This document shows positions 48,236 through 60,990 of a stretch of 64,000 nt of DNA, one piece after another. The notes below the pieces were generated by a model. That model made no database searches. It was not told where the DNA came from and saw nothing but the letters and a program-made list of their open reading frames with translations. The translations under genes and the position numbers were made by a program. Position 1 is the first letter of the stretch, and each line of letters opens with the position of its first letter. The stretch is from Zygnema circumcarinatum SAG 698-1b (taxonomy: Eukaryota > Plantae > Zygnematophyceae). The stretch covers positions 6,549,909 through 6,613,908 of the forward strand of contig CM074804.1 of NCBI GenBank assembly GCA_037447605.1, written 5' to 3'.

Positions 48236-51200
48236 CTAGTCTTCTTCCGACATCAACGAGCTGCCTTCACCATAGCGGTCGAGGAGAGTTCTGTCTTCAT
48301 CATCCAGGAATTCCATGGTGTCCAGAGGCGCCGTTTCCAGCCGCACTCCTTCTATTCCTGCAGCCGAATCCGGGCTCCGGGGGGGCAGGGGAGTCTCTGC
48401 TATGGGAGATTCCGTTGCGCAGAGGAAAAGGTAGGCGGAGGAATAAATACTCACATGCCAGAGACTGCACATGCCAAGGACGGAAAAAGGCTAAGTTTTG
48501 ACACCTTGCGATTCTTGCACACCGATCTTTCCCAAACATAGGGAATGTGGCTGGATACTGCAATGTGAGAGGAAGTCATGCTCACTGCCATGCATGCAAC
48601 TGAGCATGGCATCAAAGAATGAGACAACCTGGACAGAAGGAAACAACTTGAACCGTAGGGCACGTAAGTGCAGGTATTGCCCCCTAAATGCGGCCACCTT
48701 CCCTGGAATTGGGATAGACGATGATAAGAGAAGATAAAAGAACTATAGCAAGCGTACAGAGGAACATGCAGTCGATCGAGCTGGGCTGACCTGTGCCAAA
48801 TCCAGTAGGTAGCAGCCGTTTCATACCACCAGTTGAGCTTCGAAGCAGCGAGGGCCATGAAACCGGCGATCAAATACGGCCACCTATATCTGACCACCAC
48901 TCGCTTAAAGAACTCCGCCACATCTACAAGCCAATCGCTCCATCTGCGCACAAGTAACAGTATCAATATTTCAAATCAAGTACTGGAGAGAATCAAGGAG
49001 CTACCTTTTCCTAACTACCATTGGCAAGTTTTGCACGATCTGCCTCCCAACAAACATACCTTTGTGCACATCTGATAGTGCCCACGCAGAACACAAGGAA
49101 ATTTTGAACCAGGAGACGAAAGGGAAGAGTTAAAAAACCACTAAAAAAACTCAAATTACAAATCAACAGCTACGCTAGAACTTGCACACATATGGAATAA
49201 AAGCTGTGAACAGACAGATATGATATTCAATACACGGTAACAAGCCAAAGGAATGTGGTACAACACTCGCCAAGGGATAATCCTTCCTCTGCCCTGCCTC
49301 CCTCCCATTCCCAGCCATGTTACCTTCCCCGGTCGGTCCAGTATTCTCGCCATGGCACCGGCCTGAAGATCTCAGTGCGAGCCTGCTGCTGCCAGAGGCG
49401 GCGCCCTCTTGCAAACTCGAGAGTCCAAGCCATGGCGAGGGCTAAGAAGCCCAGGAAAGCAACTATGTAGATGTTGGTGCCGCTGCGACGGAGGTCAAAG
49501 CATGACAGGGCAAATTGGCCATAAGAATGTTTCCAAAGTGCAGAAAGAGAATGCAAAGAATGTCAAGGAAGGGCCACTTTGTCGTCATGGATTGATCTCT
49601 GCACATATTCATTGTAGATTGGTTGTGAATGACGAAAGCTGACAGATTAGACATGAAAGGACAGGAGCTTGAAGGGCACATACGTCAAACTGAAGGCATA
49701 GCACCAGTTTCAGTTCCAGTTTCAGTTTCAGTTTCAGTTTCAGTTTCAGTTTCAGTGGCGCTTGATATGAGATTCTGAGGAGCATCGAACACACCTTGTG
49801 GCTCTATCCCGTGCAATCAACGCATCCACAATGGTAAAGCAGACCATGGCTGTCAATTTAGCGTGGGGCGGTGGTGCAGCGATGAATAGGAAGGTGGCAA
49901 CCACCGCCATGAATGAAAGGAAGAAATCAGCAAACTGCCAAAACCACAATTCCAATAGAAGAGAATAGGATTAAAACTAGACTGAACCTCCTCCATAGAA
50001 TATTGGGTGTCAAGGCCCCATTTCCCGATAACAAGAATGAGACGCAGATTCAGAAAAAAGAGACTATATGCTCGATTGGAGAATCTTATGCATGCCGTGT
50101 GAAGAAATAGTAAGGGCAAGTAGCCAGCAAACGTAAGAAGAAGTGGGAGGCGTTCAACAGGTTCAAGAAATATAAGAAGGAAGATAACTTTTGGCCTTGC
50201 AATCTTTTGCGAACATTACTATTATACAGTTATCTGAGTAGGAACTGACGTCTCCAACCCTACAACATAGAAAAAGTCATTGCTTTAACGGCCTTGTCGA
50301 ATCCTGTCGACTGAGATTGTAGCCACAATATCTCAGTCATTTACGCCGTCTCGGCAATAAACCCCAAACAAGCAAGTTCTAACGTGGACTGCCAACCTAG
50401 TGAGTACGGTGTAGAGCACGTTTGAACCCACTCGATGAACATAAAAAGTGTTAAGGTTCCTCTGGACACTACTTTTTTTTTATTTGATCTCTTCATGCAT
50501 ATGCAAAGTACATCTTTCCAGAAGAGCTTACTCGAATCTGAAAACAACCGAGCTAGGAAAAAACAGTAGTATATTGACTTGTTGAGAATGTCAAATATGC
50601 GACCATACAATCATAATCTAGTTTGGTTCTTCAAAATACCGCTGCTTTTGTCTCGAGGTGTGGTCATCACGTAATCTAGATCATGCATGTTATCGTACAA
50701 TCTAGGTGGCATCTACACAACGAAACAGTGCAGCCTATGATGCTATTCTTCAGTATTATCCATTGATGAGAGGATCCGGCATCCCCGTCACTGAGCATTT
50801 CAGAAACCTAAGGCCGACCATAAACCAAGAGAATCTTAAAATGGGAAAACTGCCTTACCTGTAGAGTCCAATAGTCCGCAGCGCACCAACCGTCAGAATC
50901 GCAGGAATGGTAGATGGCACTTGAAACTCCACTCGTGGTATATATAACCCACTCCGCATAAGCCTGCAGGAATAAAGTTGGCATCATGAGCTTTTGTGAT
51001 GCAACCTTGGGCTCTGCCACGTACGACTCACAAGACTCAGAAGGTGAGCAATAGAACAATGTCGAACACTCAGTAACTTTTGACAGGCCGACCCAAACTA
51101 TGCAAGTTTAGCAGTGTCTGTCAAGAAATGGTGTTGAGGAAGGCAGATGTACAAGTCATGTTGTGACAGGTCCTATGCACCCTCTTGAGGTTACCATGAG

Positions 51201-54200
51201 TTGGATCGTAGAGTTTTCTGCTGCTAACGAATTTTCTTAAAAGCCTGGCGGAGCTTTGCTCACGAATACTCTTTGCTACTACGCATAATACCGAACTCCC
51301 GTCAAACTCGTAAAAAGTAAAAATACATGGCCACCATTTGTGTGAGCGATTGCACGTTATTGGTGTTCTCTTGAAAAGGATTTTATTCTACGGTTAGAAA
51401 GAACTCAGGGTCAGAAGCCACCTTATGCCGAATAGTCCAGAGAGAGGGAAAGATAGCAGCCAGGTTGGATCCCACAAGAACAAAGATATGCTTGTTCGCT
51501 TCTGCGATCGAATCAATCAAGACCCTTTGGGTGAGCGTATGATGCTCAAACCATCCTATGAAAGGAGTTCTGTGCATGTTCTGACTACATTTGTGACACA
51601 GATTGTACATCAAACACGTCACAGCAAGAGTACAACTTGGAAATAAGAATGGCGCAGAACATACCCTTAGGGGACACGAGTTCAACAGAGCAGTTCGTGC
51701 CTCCGTGCGAGCGATCACAGTAGCAGTACCTGCATTCTCACCTTAATCTGTGAGGAAGCATTCATGGCATAATAATCCAACTGTGTTCATTACAAAACTG
51801 TAAGATTCGGATCCCTTGGTAACTCACACGCTTGGACTCCTTTCAGCCAACCAAATTCAGAAAGCCTTACATGCATAGGATTCTCACAATGAAGCAACTT
51901 ACCCAACTGAATGCAGGCGACTTCCATCCACAAGCATATGGCAGCCTCCATGGCCATTACAGGCATTGGGGCAACCATGCATAAGCACACGAACCTCGAC
52001 AGACATTTCCTCCTCCGATGAAGAAACTGTATAAGATGAGCCTCTAGAATGTGACCTTCCATGCAGTTTTGTTCCCCGTGATATTCTGTCACTTAATAAT
52101 GTCGAGTCTTGGACGCTTTTCTCCGACGCAGGTTGATAGGAGGGTGCATTGTCAATCCCAGGGCTAGGACCTCCAGAAAAATAATTAAGTGAGTTAGCAT
52201 CCGTCAATTCAACACGACCATCTTGCAATGTGTCACCGTTGACTGCATCAACAATCGAACCACGAAGTCCTATATACCAAGTCCCTCTTGCCGGATAATA
52301 GATATCCAAAGTTACACTTCCATCCCCACCGAGCCTTAAGATCTTTCCTCCCATAGACTCCAAATTCTCAAATTCCTCCCCACTCTCAAATCTCCTATCT
52401 TGGTGTGCAGAAAAACCTGCATGAAAACTTTCTGCAAAAGGCAAGGGGCCCACAGTACGACTCCTTAAAATCTCAGGCTCGGTCCATATGTCGGCATCAC
52501 CATTACTGGGAACGCCTCCCAACTTTCCCAAAATTTCCAGTTTCCAGATTCCAGATTCTCCCAGTTTCGCTCCCTCGTTGCTATTGAATTTTGTTGTAGT
52601 TTCTGTGCTTTCCTCATCATGCCGCAACTGGCTTGTCCCTGTTCCATTCCTCCTTTCTCTTGAGGGACGTTCAGTCTCTTGGTCGCCAAAATGTGGTGCA
52701 AGCTTTACATCAATAGTCAATATTGATCCTGATGCACCGGATGGCACCACAAGGGAAAAGTATCCCCAAAACTCTGATGCTTTCTGAAATAGACCACTTT
52801 TTCTACTTTCCTCAGTTTTCCCCAAGTTAGGCTCTACTGGCATTCCGGCCTCCCATTTCCCGTGGTTTTTGAGCCGTTCCGCAATCGAAGGATCCCCCCC
52901 ATCAGGAGGAAAGCTTTTCTTTACTTTGCTCCCAGGGGCAGCGATTTTCCTGGCTTTACCTTGAAGGGGCAGACCAAGGGTGAGGGGAAACCAAGCATTG
53001 CCCATCCAAGAAGGACTTGGAATGTCAGCAGGTAGGTAGGTTGCATCCAGGACAGATTCAGGCTGCCATTCAGGGATTGATCTCTGCAATAAAAGTGACA
53101 GCACGATTAATTGCCAGCTCCAAAAGTTTGTTTCAGCCCCCACGTGCACTCGACAAAGGAACGGAAGACAAAAGGGATTTAAGGAGACATGACAGTGACA
53201 AAGTGGACTTTCTATTCCGTTTACAGACATCATGGAGCATACCAATCCATTTCTCGGAACTTCAACAAAATTACATCCAACTGGATGCAATGAGAGAAGC
53301 GCATCTAAACAGTGGCTTCTCATGGAAGCATGAACTCATTCTCCAAGTGGTCAACGAACTGTATATACTGTACTTGAACTTCCCAGATCAAGTGTAAAGT
53401 TTACTTGCTGAGGAAACGACATGCAAGTGAATGATTGTACAAAAAATATATGAATTAAAAGGGGAGCAAGCAGTTCACAAACTAAGGCATGACCTCGCTT
53501 GCAAAATATATAGAGGCAGAATTTTTGGCTACATCCATTTCCCAGGGCCGACTTTGTGCCTGTTGCATCCTAACGCTTCTACTTCGTGCTTACAATCCAA
53601 TTGAAACTTGTCCAGAATGCTGCAGGGAGTAGGAGTGGTCCACATACTCATCCACTTCATTGTACATCAACATGTCAACATATCATGGCCCCATGGACTA
53701 AAATGTGTCCGTCCATGTGAGTGATCGGGTGTTCACGAGATTAAGGCTTTTGATGGTATCGATCCAGGGATAGAAAATGGAAGCAGCGGCACATGGGGGG
53801 GTGTGGTATGAAACAAACCTCCAGGGTCAAGACACTCCATCCACAATCGAAACTGCCTCTTCCCGGTGGGCACATGCGAACTTTCCATCGGAGGGTGAAG
53901 CAGTGCCCCTGCCCACTTGCTCCATAAGCACGCATATGCTCCGACCGGTTCTTTTTCTGTGACAAGGTCTCCAAGTCCGGGACAGTCATATACCAGATGC
54001 CAAGTTCAGGAAGAATCACGGGAGGAAGAATCGTTTCTTCTATTGCAGTAGGCACTGAGCTGCGCTTCAAATACACAGTGCCCGTCTTAAATGCAGGCGG
54101 ACTATGGCTGTCTGTGATATCATCATCTCCTGAACTCGGTAAAGCTTCGTCGAATTTCAATAAGGTTACTTGTTCTTCTGCCCCGCGATCTCTCTCAGGC

Positions 54201-56520
54201 TCACCTTCGGATTCAAGCATTCCAAGCGACTCACGAGGAGTTCTGCGAAGTTGTTCTGGGTAATCAAAACCTACTTGCCGAAGACTAGCCCCTCGTGAAT
54301 TTGCTGGGTCACTCATGGGGGGCAGATTAGACCCGGGTTTCTCTTCCGTAATGTCTACGCTGACAACATTGGGAGAATCGAACCTGTTCTTGTCACTCAA
54401 GTCCTCAAGGACCTGAACGTCAAGCTCAGCTGCAAGTCCACGTATCTCCAGCTGATAGTACTTGGACTCTTCAAATTGTCCAAAACATTGACTTCTCAAG
54501 TACTGCCACTCCTCAGAGGCACCATCATCGCTGACCGACCCAAGACTCTCTGCAGCAATTTCTTCATGGCGGACTGTTCTGTCAAATTTCAAACTCCCAT
54601 CACGAGCTATTTGCTGATTCAACCCAAAGTTGAGCTGTTCAGAGGCAGACAGGTAGGCTGCCTTTGTAGCAGGATCTTCAGCAGCAGGACCTGAACCACC
54701 AACATGTGATGGCGAAGGTGATTCTGTTGGCATTTCTGACTGGGAGGGTGAATTGAACGATAGGGGCGACGGAGCTGGCCCAGGGGCTATGGGTTTTGAA
54801 GGAGGCGGCGAAAGTGGAGGATTGGGCGAGGAAGGTGTTGATGGTGGGAACGGTGGGGGAAGTGGAGTGATGAGACAGTTGCAATTGGGGCAGAGGATGA
54901 GTCCTCCTCCTGAACAACTGTAGGTTGCGACATGGAGTTCAAAATGGTAGACAGAACCACGAGGTATCTGCAAAGGTGAAGGATATCTGAATGAGGAATC
55001 TGCTCGAGCATACCACACAATGAACAAAGATAGGCTATGATCGCTGTGCATTGAACAAACACGAAAGGCTTTTACTTTCTTGCTGTTTCCCATGCTTCCC
55101 AAAAATCACACAGAAAGGTTATCTGCTTTTAACCGTGTGCCAACGCTACGTGCTTCACACTTTACTGCAGACTCTTGACCTTCATGTTCAAAGACATCTG
55201 TCTAAGTTTGCAAGGATGAGGTTTATCACATTCAGGTACCATCTGGGACTGAGTCCTGCTATCATTCGTGATGCTGAAGAAGCCCAGCTCCCAAAGTCCA
55301 GGCAAGTCCTGCGCCAAACACAGTCTAATAAATGAATTAATTTCCTTCCCTGCATCCTCAAAGAGAAAGTTCGAGCAACCGCTACAAAGAACCTCCATTT
55401 GTATTGCAGGTGGATAACAACACGCCCTAATCTCTGATAGTCGTCTTTCATCCAAAAGATCTTTCATCATATTCAATAGCATAAAACGCTCTCCACAAGA
55501 AGCATTTGACAGGTCGGCGCTACCATATCTCTCACTCTCCCATCCCATGCAATCGGCTGTCGCTACACTCTTTACAACTTGCAAAAAAAGGGTTCAACTG
55601 GGGCATAATGGTTCAACCTCTCACGTATACACTGAAAATGTACGAGAATCAAGTGAAGTTTCAGTTCACCTTATCAAAAACAAACAAACTCACAAATCAC
55701 TTGCAAACCAAAATCACCTCGACTCATTGATATACGAATGCCCTCCACAGAGCCTTACTCCCAAACAACATCGACAGAGCTTTTTAGTTTACCAGCAGAA
55801 CAGGTAATAATTCACCATTGTGATGGGATGTTCCAGGGAAACTGCATACGCCTCCCTCACGGACTTAGGTAAGTGTAAGGACCCTTCTACCGTAAGCATC
55901 ACTAATTTTCCTTCACGTATGAAATACGGCAGGTTCATGGAAAAACTAGAGGACACGAACCTATCCTCACAGTACTTGCATGATGGGCTTCCGTTTGTGA
56001 CCAAAATAATCGCGGAATTTGCAATCGTGACGGATACCTCTCTTTGGATGCACCATTGGCCTCTTTAGGGCTTTCATTGATTAAAAATAGTTGCCCAGTT
56101 TCTGATGGGAATGCTTGAAACACACATCCGGACACTGATCGTCTCAAATGCGGTCGGCACAGGATTCTGGATTCTAGATCAGATTCCTTTCCTACAATCA
56201 CATTTCCCAGTCATCAAGCAATTGAACGGGAAAGCTACATGGGATTTTAAAGTTCCAATATAGTCTCCCTGTCTAGCAATCACCTGATCACTCGTGACAT
56301 TGACGCTTATGCCTTCGTCGAACCAAGCACAAGCTCCACTTGCATCTTGAGTTGGCCGACGTTGAGCTGCCTCATTTGCGGCGGTGCCAACTGAGTCGAG
56401 GATGGAGGCTGATGCGATCGAACAAGGAGCAAAAGCATGAAACAGAAACAGGCGAATACTCCTAAGCAAGTCTGAAATATATGGTGAAGCATGCTTTTGC
56501 TGGTTCATTGGTCCAACCAT
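48236..56520 (-). CDS. TMEM8/PGAP6-like (DUF3522) multi-pass membrane protein with an EGF-like domain, spliced; start uncertain
   Basis: GCPNACNGHGGC..|YCYCDRSHGGTNCSVELVS (EGF-like), then VGSNLAAIFP, AYAEWVIYTTSGVSSAIYHSCD, LQ|FADFFLSFMAVVATFLF and YWIWH|SLWHVSIYSSAYLFLC, the CREST-superfamily S-x3-H..D..H-x3-H pattern. N-terminal PGLWELGFF..RTQSQM segment. Confidence 0.85.
49705..49756. repeat. (CAGTTT)n microsatellite, intronic
   Basis: About 8-9 hexamer copies. Confidence 0.9.
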
Positions 56521-58694
56521 GTCAATGATGTTGCGGCACTCCTAACTGAGACGAGGAAGTCCTCGCCATGTATGAGGGCAACTTTATGACTAAAAACAAG
56601 GAGCAGCATATGGCAAAACCATTTCAGCTTGGTACGACAATAAACGGTTGAAGTTTGCTGCATCAGTTATACGTATGGTTATGCTAGTACGGAAGCCAAT
56701 CACAGCCAAGACGCAAGCTAATAGTAACAAAGTACCTTTGCCTAATGCAAACTTGATTTGCTAATTATTCAGAATATGCTCCCTTAACCTGCCCTGGCCT
56801 CAATAGCAAAAAATGAGAGAGCGACGGCAAAGATTTACAAATGTCTGCAACAGGAAGAGGTGGCCCGCCCTTCCGGAAGCAGAGCAATGGCCCCCGCTGA
56901 TCAGTTTGACCCTGTAAAGGTAGAATGTTTATTCAAGTAAGTATGTATGCGACTGGTATAGAGGGCCTTGCAGATGGTAAGGAAAATAGCAGAAACGAAT
57001 AGTGGATCGCCAAAGAAATGCCTAGTTACGATTACCCAAGAACTGCAACTGGCAGCACTACTTCCAGCAACTCTTGGCAAATGTTCCCGCCGTTGTCGGG
57101 GACAATGAAATCGAAATAGCGAACATTTTCCTCAAAGATGATTTTTCTAGAAATCTCCCAGTTTCTTCATTGGATCTGGACTTTCCATTAAGCTACTATT
57201 TTTTTGTTAGGGCTTCATGATAGCTCCGATCTGAAAATAGAGTTTGCTTCAAGGGGAGTTCATGCAATGCCATGCAGTTACGTACTGTTCGCAGTATGGT
57301 CTCTTCAATGTAGTTTACAATAAGGGGAAGGTAGCCAAATTGAGCATGGTTTAGATTTAAGAACTGGAAACGAAAACATAAATACAATGTGGACTGATTG
57401 ATAGTGTTGTTTCTCTATCGAAACTTACCTCCCACATTATCTTCCGTAGCGAAATGCTCAGAACAGCAGTGTCCTCTGGGACTTCCACTGCGACAAGCAA
57501 AAGAATGAAAGCAATATCGCCTGTGAATTTTTCGTTTCGTCGTTTGAAAAAGAGGGTTTGCTGCCATGGCCTGAGCTTCTTCTACGGTAATCGATACCTA
57601 TCTTACAGCTGTACCGTGCCCACTGTAAGACAATGCTTTTAATCAACTTACGACGTATTAACAACATCAATGAATTGTGGCGGGCGTTCTGGGAAGAGTA
57701 GAGACGAGAGAGTTAGAGGCGTTGTGGGGGAGTGGGTAGCAGTATGGGAAGGAACACTTGTGAATATAAAAATAAAGATAGTTTGATTGATTCTTCATTT
57801 TCTGCTTTTTATCTCACTCAAAATGGTGCAAGCAACACAGGCTTTACTGAAGGGAAGCAAATTGTATTCAAGGGAGCACAACCAGCAGCTGGCATTGCTC
57901 CTCGGTCATGGGTAAACTCTGATAATGAGCGAAAGAGATCATACGAAATTCAAATAGAATTACCTGGATAGTACATCCAGCTGTAAGGTCCGACATTGCA
58001 AGAAGGCCAGTGTACGGCGGATGTAATCTGTAGCAAAGCTGTACCTTCACCTTCGTCGCTAAACGAAGCTGTATTTCTCGATTGACTGCTCTTATCGACA
58101 ATCAAACCTCCGATGCTCGACGAGCATACGGGAGACAGTAGATGCACAACAGCAAAGCATACAGCTGTCGGCACCCTGAAAGTACAGCTGATTCTGCCCA
58201 TCCTGCAGTTTCTCCCGCTCGTCATACATACAAAAACAGTCACATCATTCGAACCTTACAGCACGGATTTCCCTCAGCAGAAACTCCATCTTATTTTTTC
58301 ACATTTAAATCATCTCCGTATTATCTCCCTCTTCCATCATTTCTTTTTCCATCGTTTATCTCTTCCTCATGCACACCCCAAAGTTCAAGAAAGTCACCAT
58401 CTTGCAGCGACTCACATGCTTTCTCGCCGACAAAGCAGGGCCACTGTTCAGCCGCCCTCGTACACCGTCCTCCGGGCACGTCCGTAGCGTCCCCAACACC
58501 GTCCTCCCGTCTTTTACCTCTATTGTAAAAGCTTACCAGGCGGTTCACCTCTTTTCGGACACCTTTGCAGGCCGCCTCTCCTTCGTCGTGCGTTAAAGCA
58601 TCCACAGTTTACATACTCTTAGAGTTTGCTTCCTGCTGCTGCAAAAGGAGGAGGAGGGATTCAGGCCGGCGGCGAGGTGCTTTCTTAGAGAGTA

Positions 58695-58871
58695 ATGAAG
58701 CCTTATCCGCCATACCTCCATGATGCAGATGACTTTCCCGTCGGAGCCATGGACGTCGACATAGATGGGGATGGTTCCATGGATCCCCTAGACCCGCAGT
58801 CTGAGAAGCCCGCTGACGCTGATTTTTTCAACAAGTTTGATGACGACTTTGATGATGCAGACATAGCATAA
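58695..58871 (+). CDS. SMAP1: Small acidic protein SMAP1 / CSN9 (CSNAP) homologue, 58 aa, single exon
   Basis: Hand translation: MKPYPPYLHDADDFPVGAMDVDIDGDGSMDPLDPQSEKPADADFFNKFDDDFDDADIA*. The F/D-rich C-terminus ADADFFNKFDDDFDD is the SMAP1/CSNAP signature. It falls below the ORF track's 60-aa cutoff. Confidence 0.93.
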   Translation: MKPYPPYLHDADDFPVGAMDVDIDGDGSMDPLDPQSEKPADADFFNKFDDDFDDADIA

Positions 58872-60990
58872 CTCTTTTTCGTCACTAGGACAAGGATAGT
58901 ATTACCCTTACTGCCTTGGAGATTTTTTTCTTTTTTTGGGTTAGTGACTATCAGACTTTGAGACACTGGTGGTTGGAACCCTTGATGCTGAGGCGCCCTC
59001 ACTTCTGAAAGTCATGAGTAGTGGAAACGGAAGTCGGACTTGCAAGCCGGAGGCCTGCAACATCCAATCGTGCTTGAGGCGTAACTCATTCAAGACGGAA
59101 AGGTGATCCTTCCGCTGGCAAATGCAGCAGAGCTTTGTTTTTCTGAGCTCAGAAACTGCAGTTGAGGCAGGGGTCTACCTGCTTGGCCGCCCCTTTCCTG
59201 GTCTTCTTTTAATGTAGTCTATGTTTTTTTAAATTGTTGCTAGTACTGTGGGCCAGGCAGGGAGCTTTGTGCTCCATCGGCCTTTTCGATGTCTGTCTGT
59301 GCGCGTTGAATAAGATTAGCTGGAAACCGAAGGAGGGTTTCTCTGTTGGGTTCTATGTCTGAGAGTGGAAGAGCTGCCTTTAATCTGGGGATACTATCTA
59401 TCATAATGCTTTGCACATGATCTTTGAGTTGTTAAGAAGCGAAAAGGAATTCAAGATTGGAAGGTTTCGGTGTTATATTCACGCAAGCCTTAAGCCCATA
59501 ATATGCACGGCCTTCACAGCCGCCTTTTGATGGATTGCGGTGTGGCAGGTGCTTGGAAGCCATTGTGAAGCTGAAAACGTGTTGTGATCAGATTGAGGGG
59601 AAATCCGATCATTGCACATCCTTTGGCGCCCTCATAGAGCAAGCAACAAATACGAAAATAGAAGAGGCTGGATGAAGCTTTCAATCAGTCTTTTGGGACA
59701 ACAATCAGTCTTTTGGGACAACGAGATTCTTGTGCTTGCAATCGCTCAGTTTTTAATGCCATGTGCGGGAGTTGGAGCTGAATTGTCAGTTGCAGTTTGT
59801 ACTTTCTACGAAGCTGGTGCCGTGGCAGTGGCAGGGTATAGCTTGTAATATATCTGACTTACGGACCTTCAAAAACAATTTCAGTGCCTTTCATGTTACA
59901 TCCAATACTGTTTTCCTTTTGAACTTTTTATGTTTGTTTTTCTGTAACCGTGGTGCCGCTGTAGTATCGAGCTATCTGGCTGTTGCTGTAATTTGTCACA
60001 CAGCAGAGAACCTGCTGCAGTCTCCAATACAACAGTAATACTTCACACGGGCTACGTTCTCACGTTTGTGAATTGATGAAAAGAGTACAGGCAAAGTGCC
60101 ACCAAGGCAATTTCTTTGCAAGAACCGGGCATGCCGAGGTTTTGCCTTCGCCTGGAGAGTGCACGATTGCGTCCATTGCTGGCCCTTCACACCCATTGTC
60201 CGTTGTCCACTATTCTGTCCGTGGCAATATATTGTGCATGTCAACGGCCCTGCTCACTGCCCACCTTGTTGAACTTTTGCATATCTTCAGTTCTGCTGGG
60301 TTCAGTCAGGATTACAGGTTTTTATCGACCTTCTATGTGTTGTCTTCATGACCTTGACGTTGATGTCGATCCATTCAGTAGAGCGCTCCCTTGGCCAAAA
60401 CTAGACTAGTCACTCCTTCGGCTGTGGTATTGCCGCATGTCAGAAAATTGCCAGCTTTTTCGCGAGTCAAAGGCCAGTGTTCATCGAGCAGTTGCACCGT
60501 TCCCTTGCACGGGAAGGGTTGAAGCAGGCCTTTTCATGGTGATGTAGAAAACCTGCATCCAATCGTTGAGAACACAAATATGAACGTCTGTCAGGAGGCT
60601 GCGTTACGAGTGCGTGAAAGAAATGTCAGAAAAAAATTGACTAGCAGCTTCGCAAGGTTGGTTCAAAGTGTTTTCCAGATGGCGTTGGAAAAGTTTTCGA
60701 ACAGGCACGCCGACTGGCTGTTGTTGTGACCGTGCCGTTCAGCTGAGGGCCTCGTGCAGTGTCTCCAATACAACAGCAACACTTGACACGGCCTACATTC
60801 GTTCACCTTCGTAAACTGACGCCATTGCTTCACGACTACACATTCAGGCGACGCTCACAGGCGAAGTGCTGCCAACACAGTCTGAAAGCCAGGCGAGCTC
60901 GAGACGTCTGTCTTGAGAGTGGGGGTACTATTTCTCGAGCTCCAATACCCATTGTCCACTGTACTCTACCCTGTCCAGTACACAACACTG

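Noticed and set aside
201-58871. Idea that the genes form a functional (operon-like or biosynthetic) cluster
   Set aside because: The functions are unrelated housekeeping, plastid and stress roles in mixed orientations, which is ordinary eukaryotic gene order.
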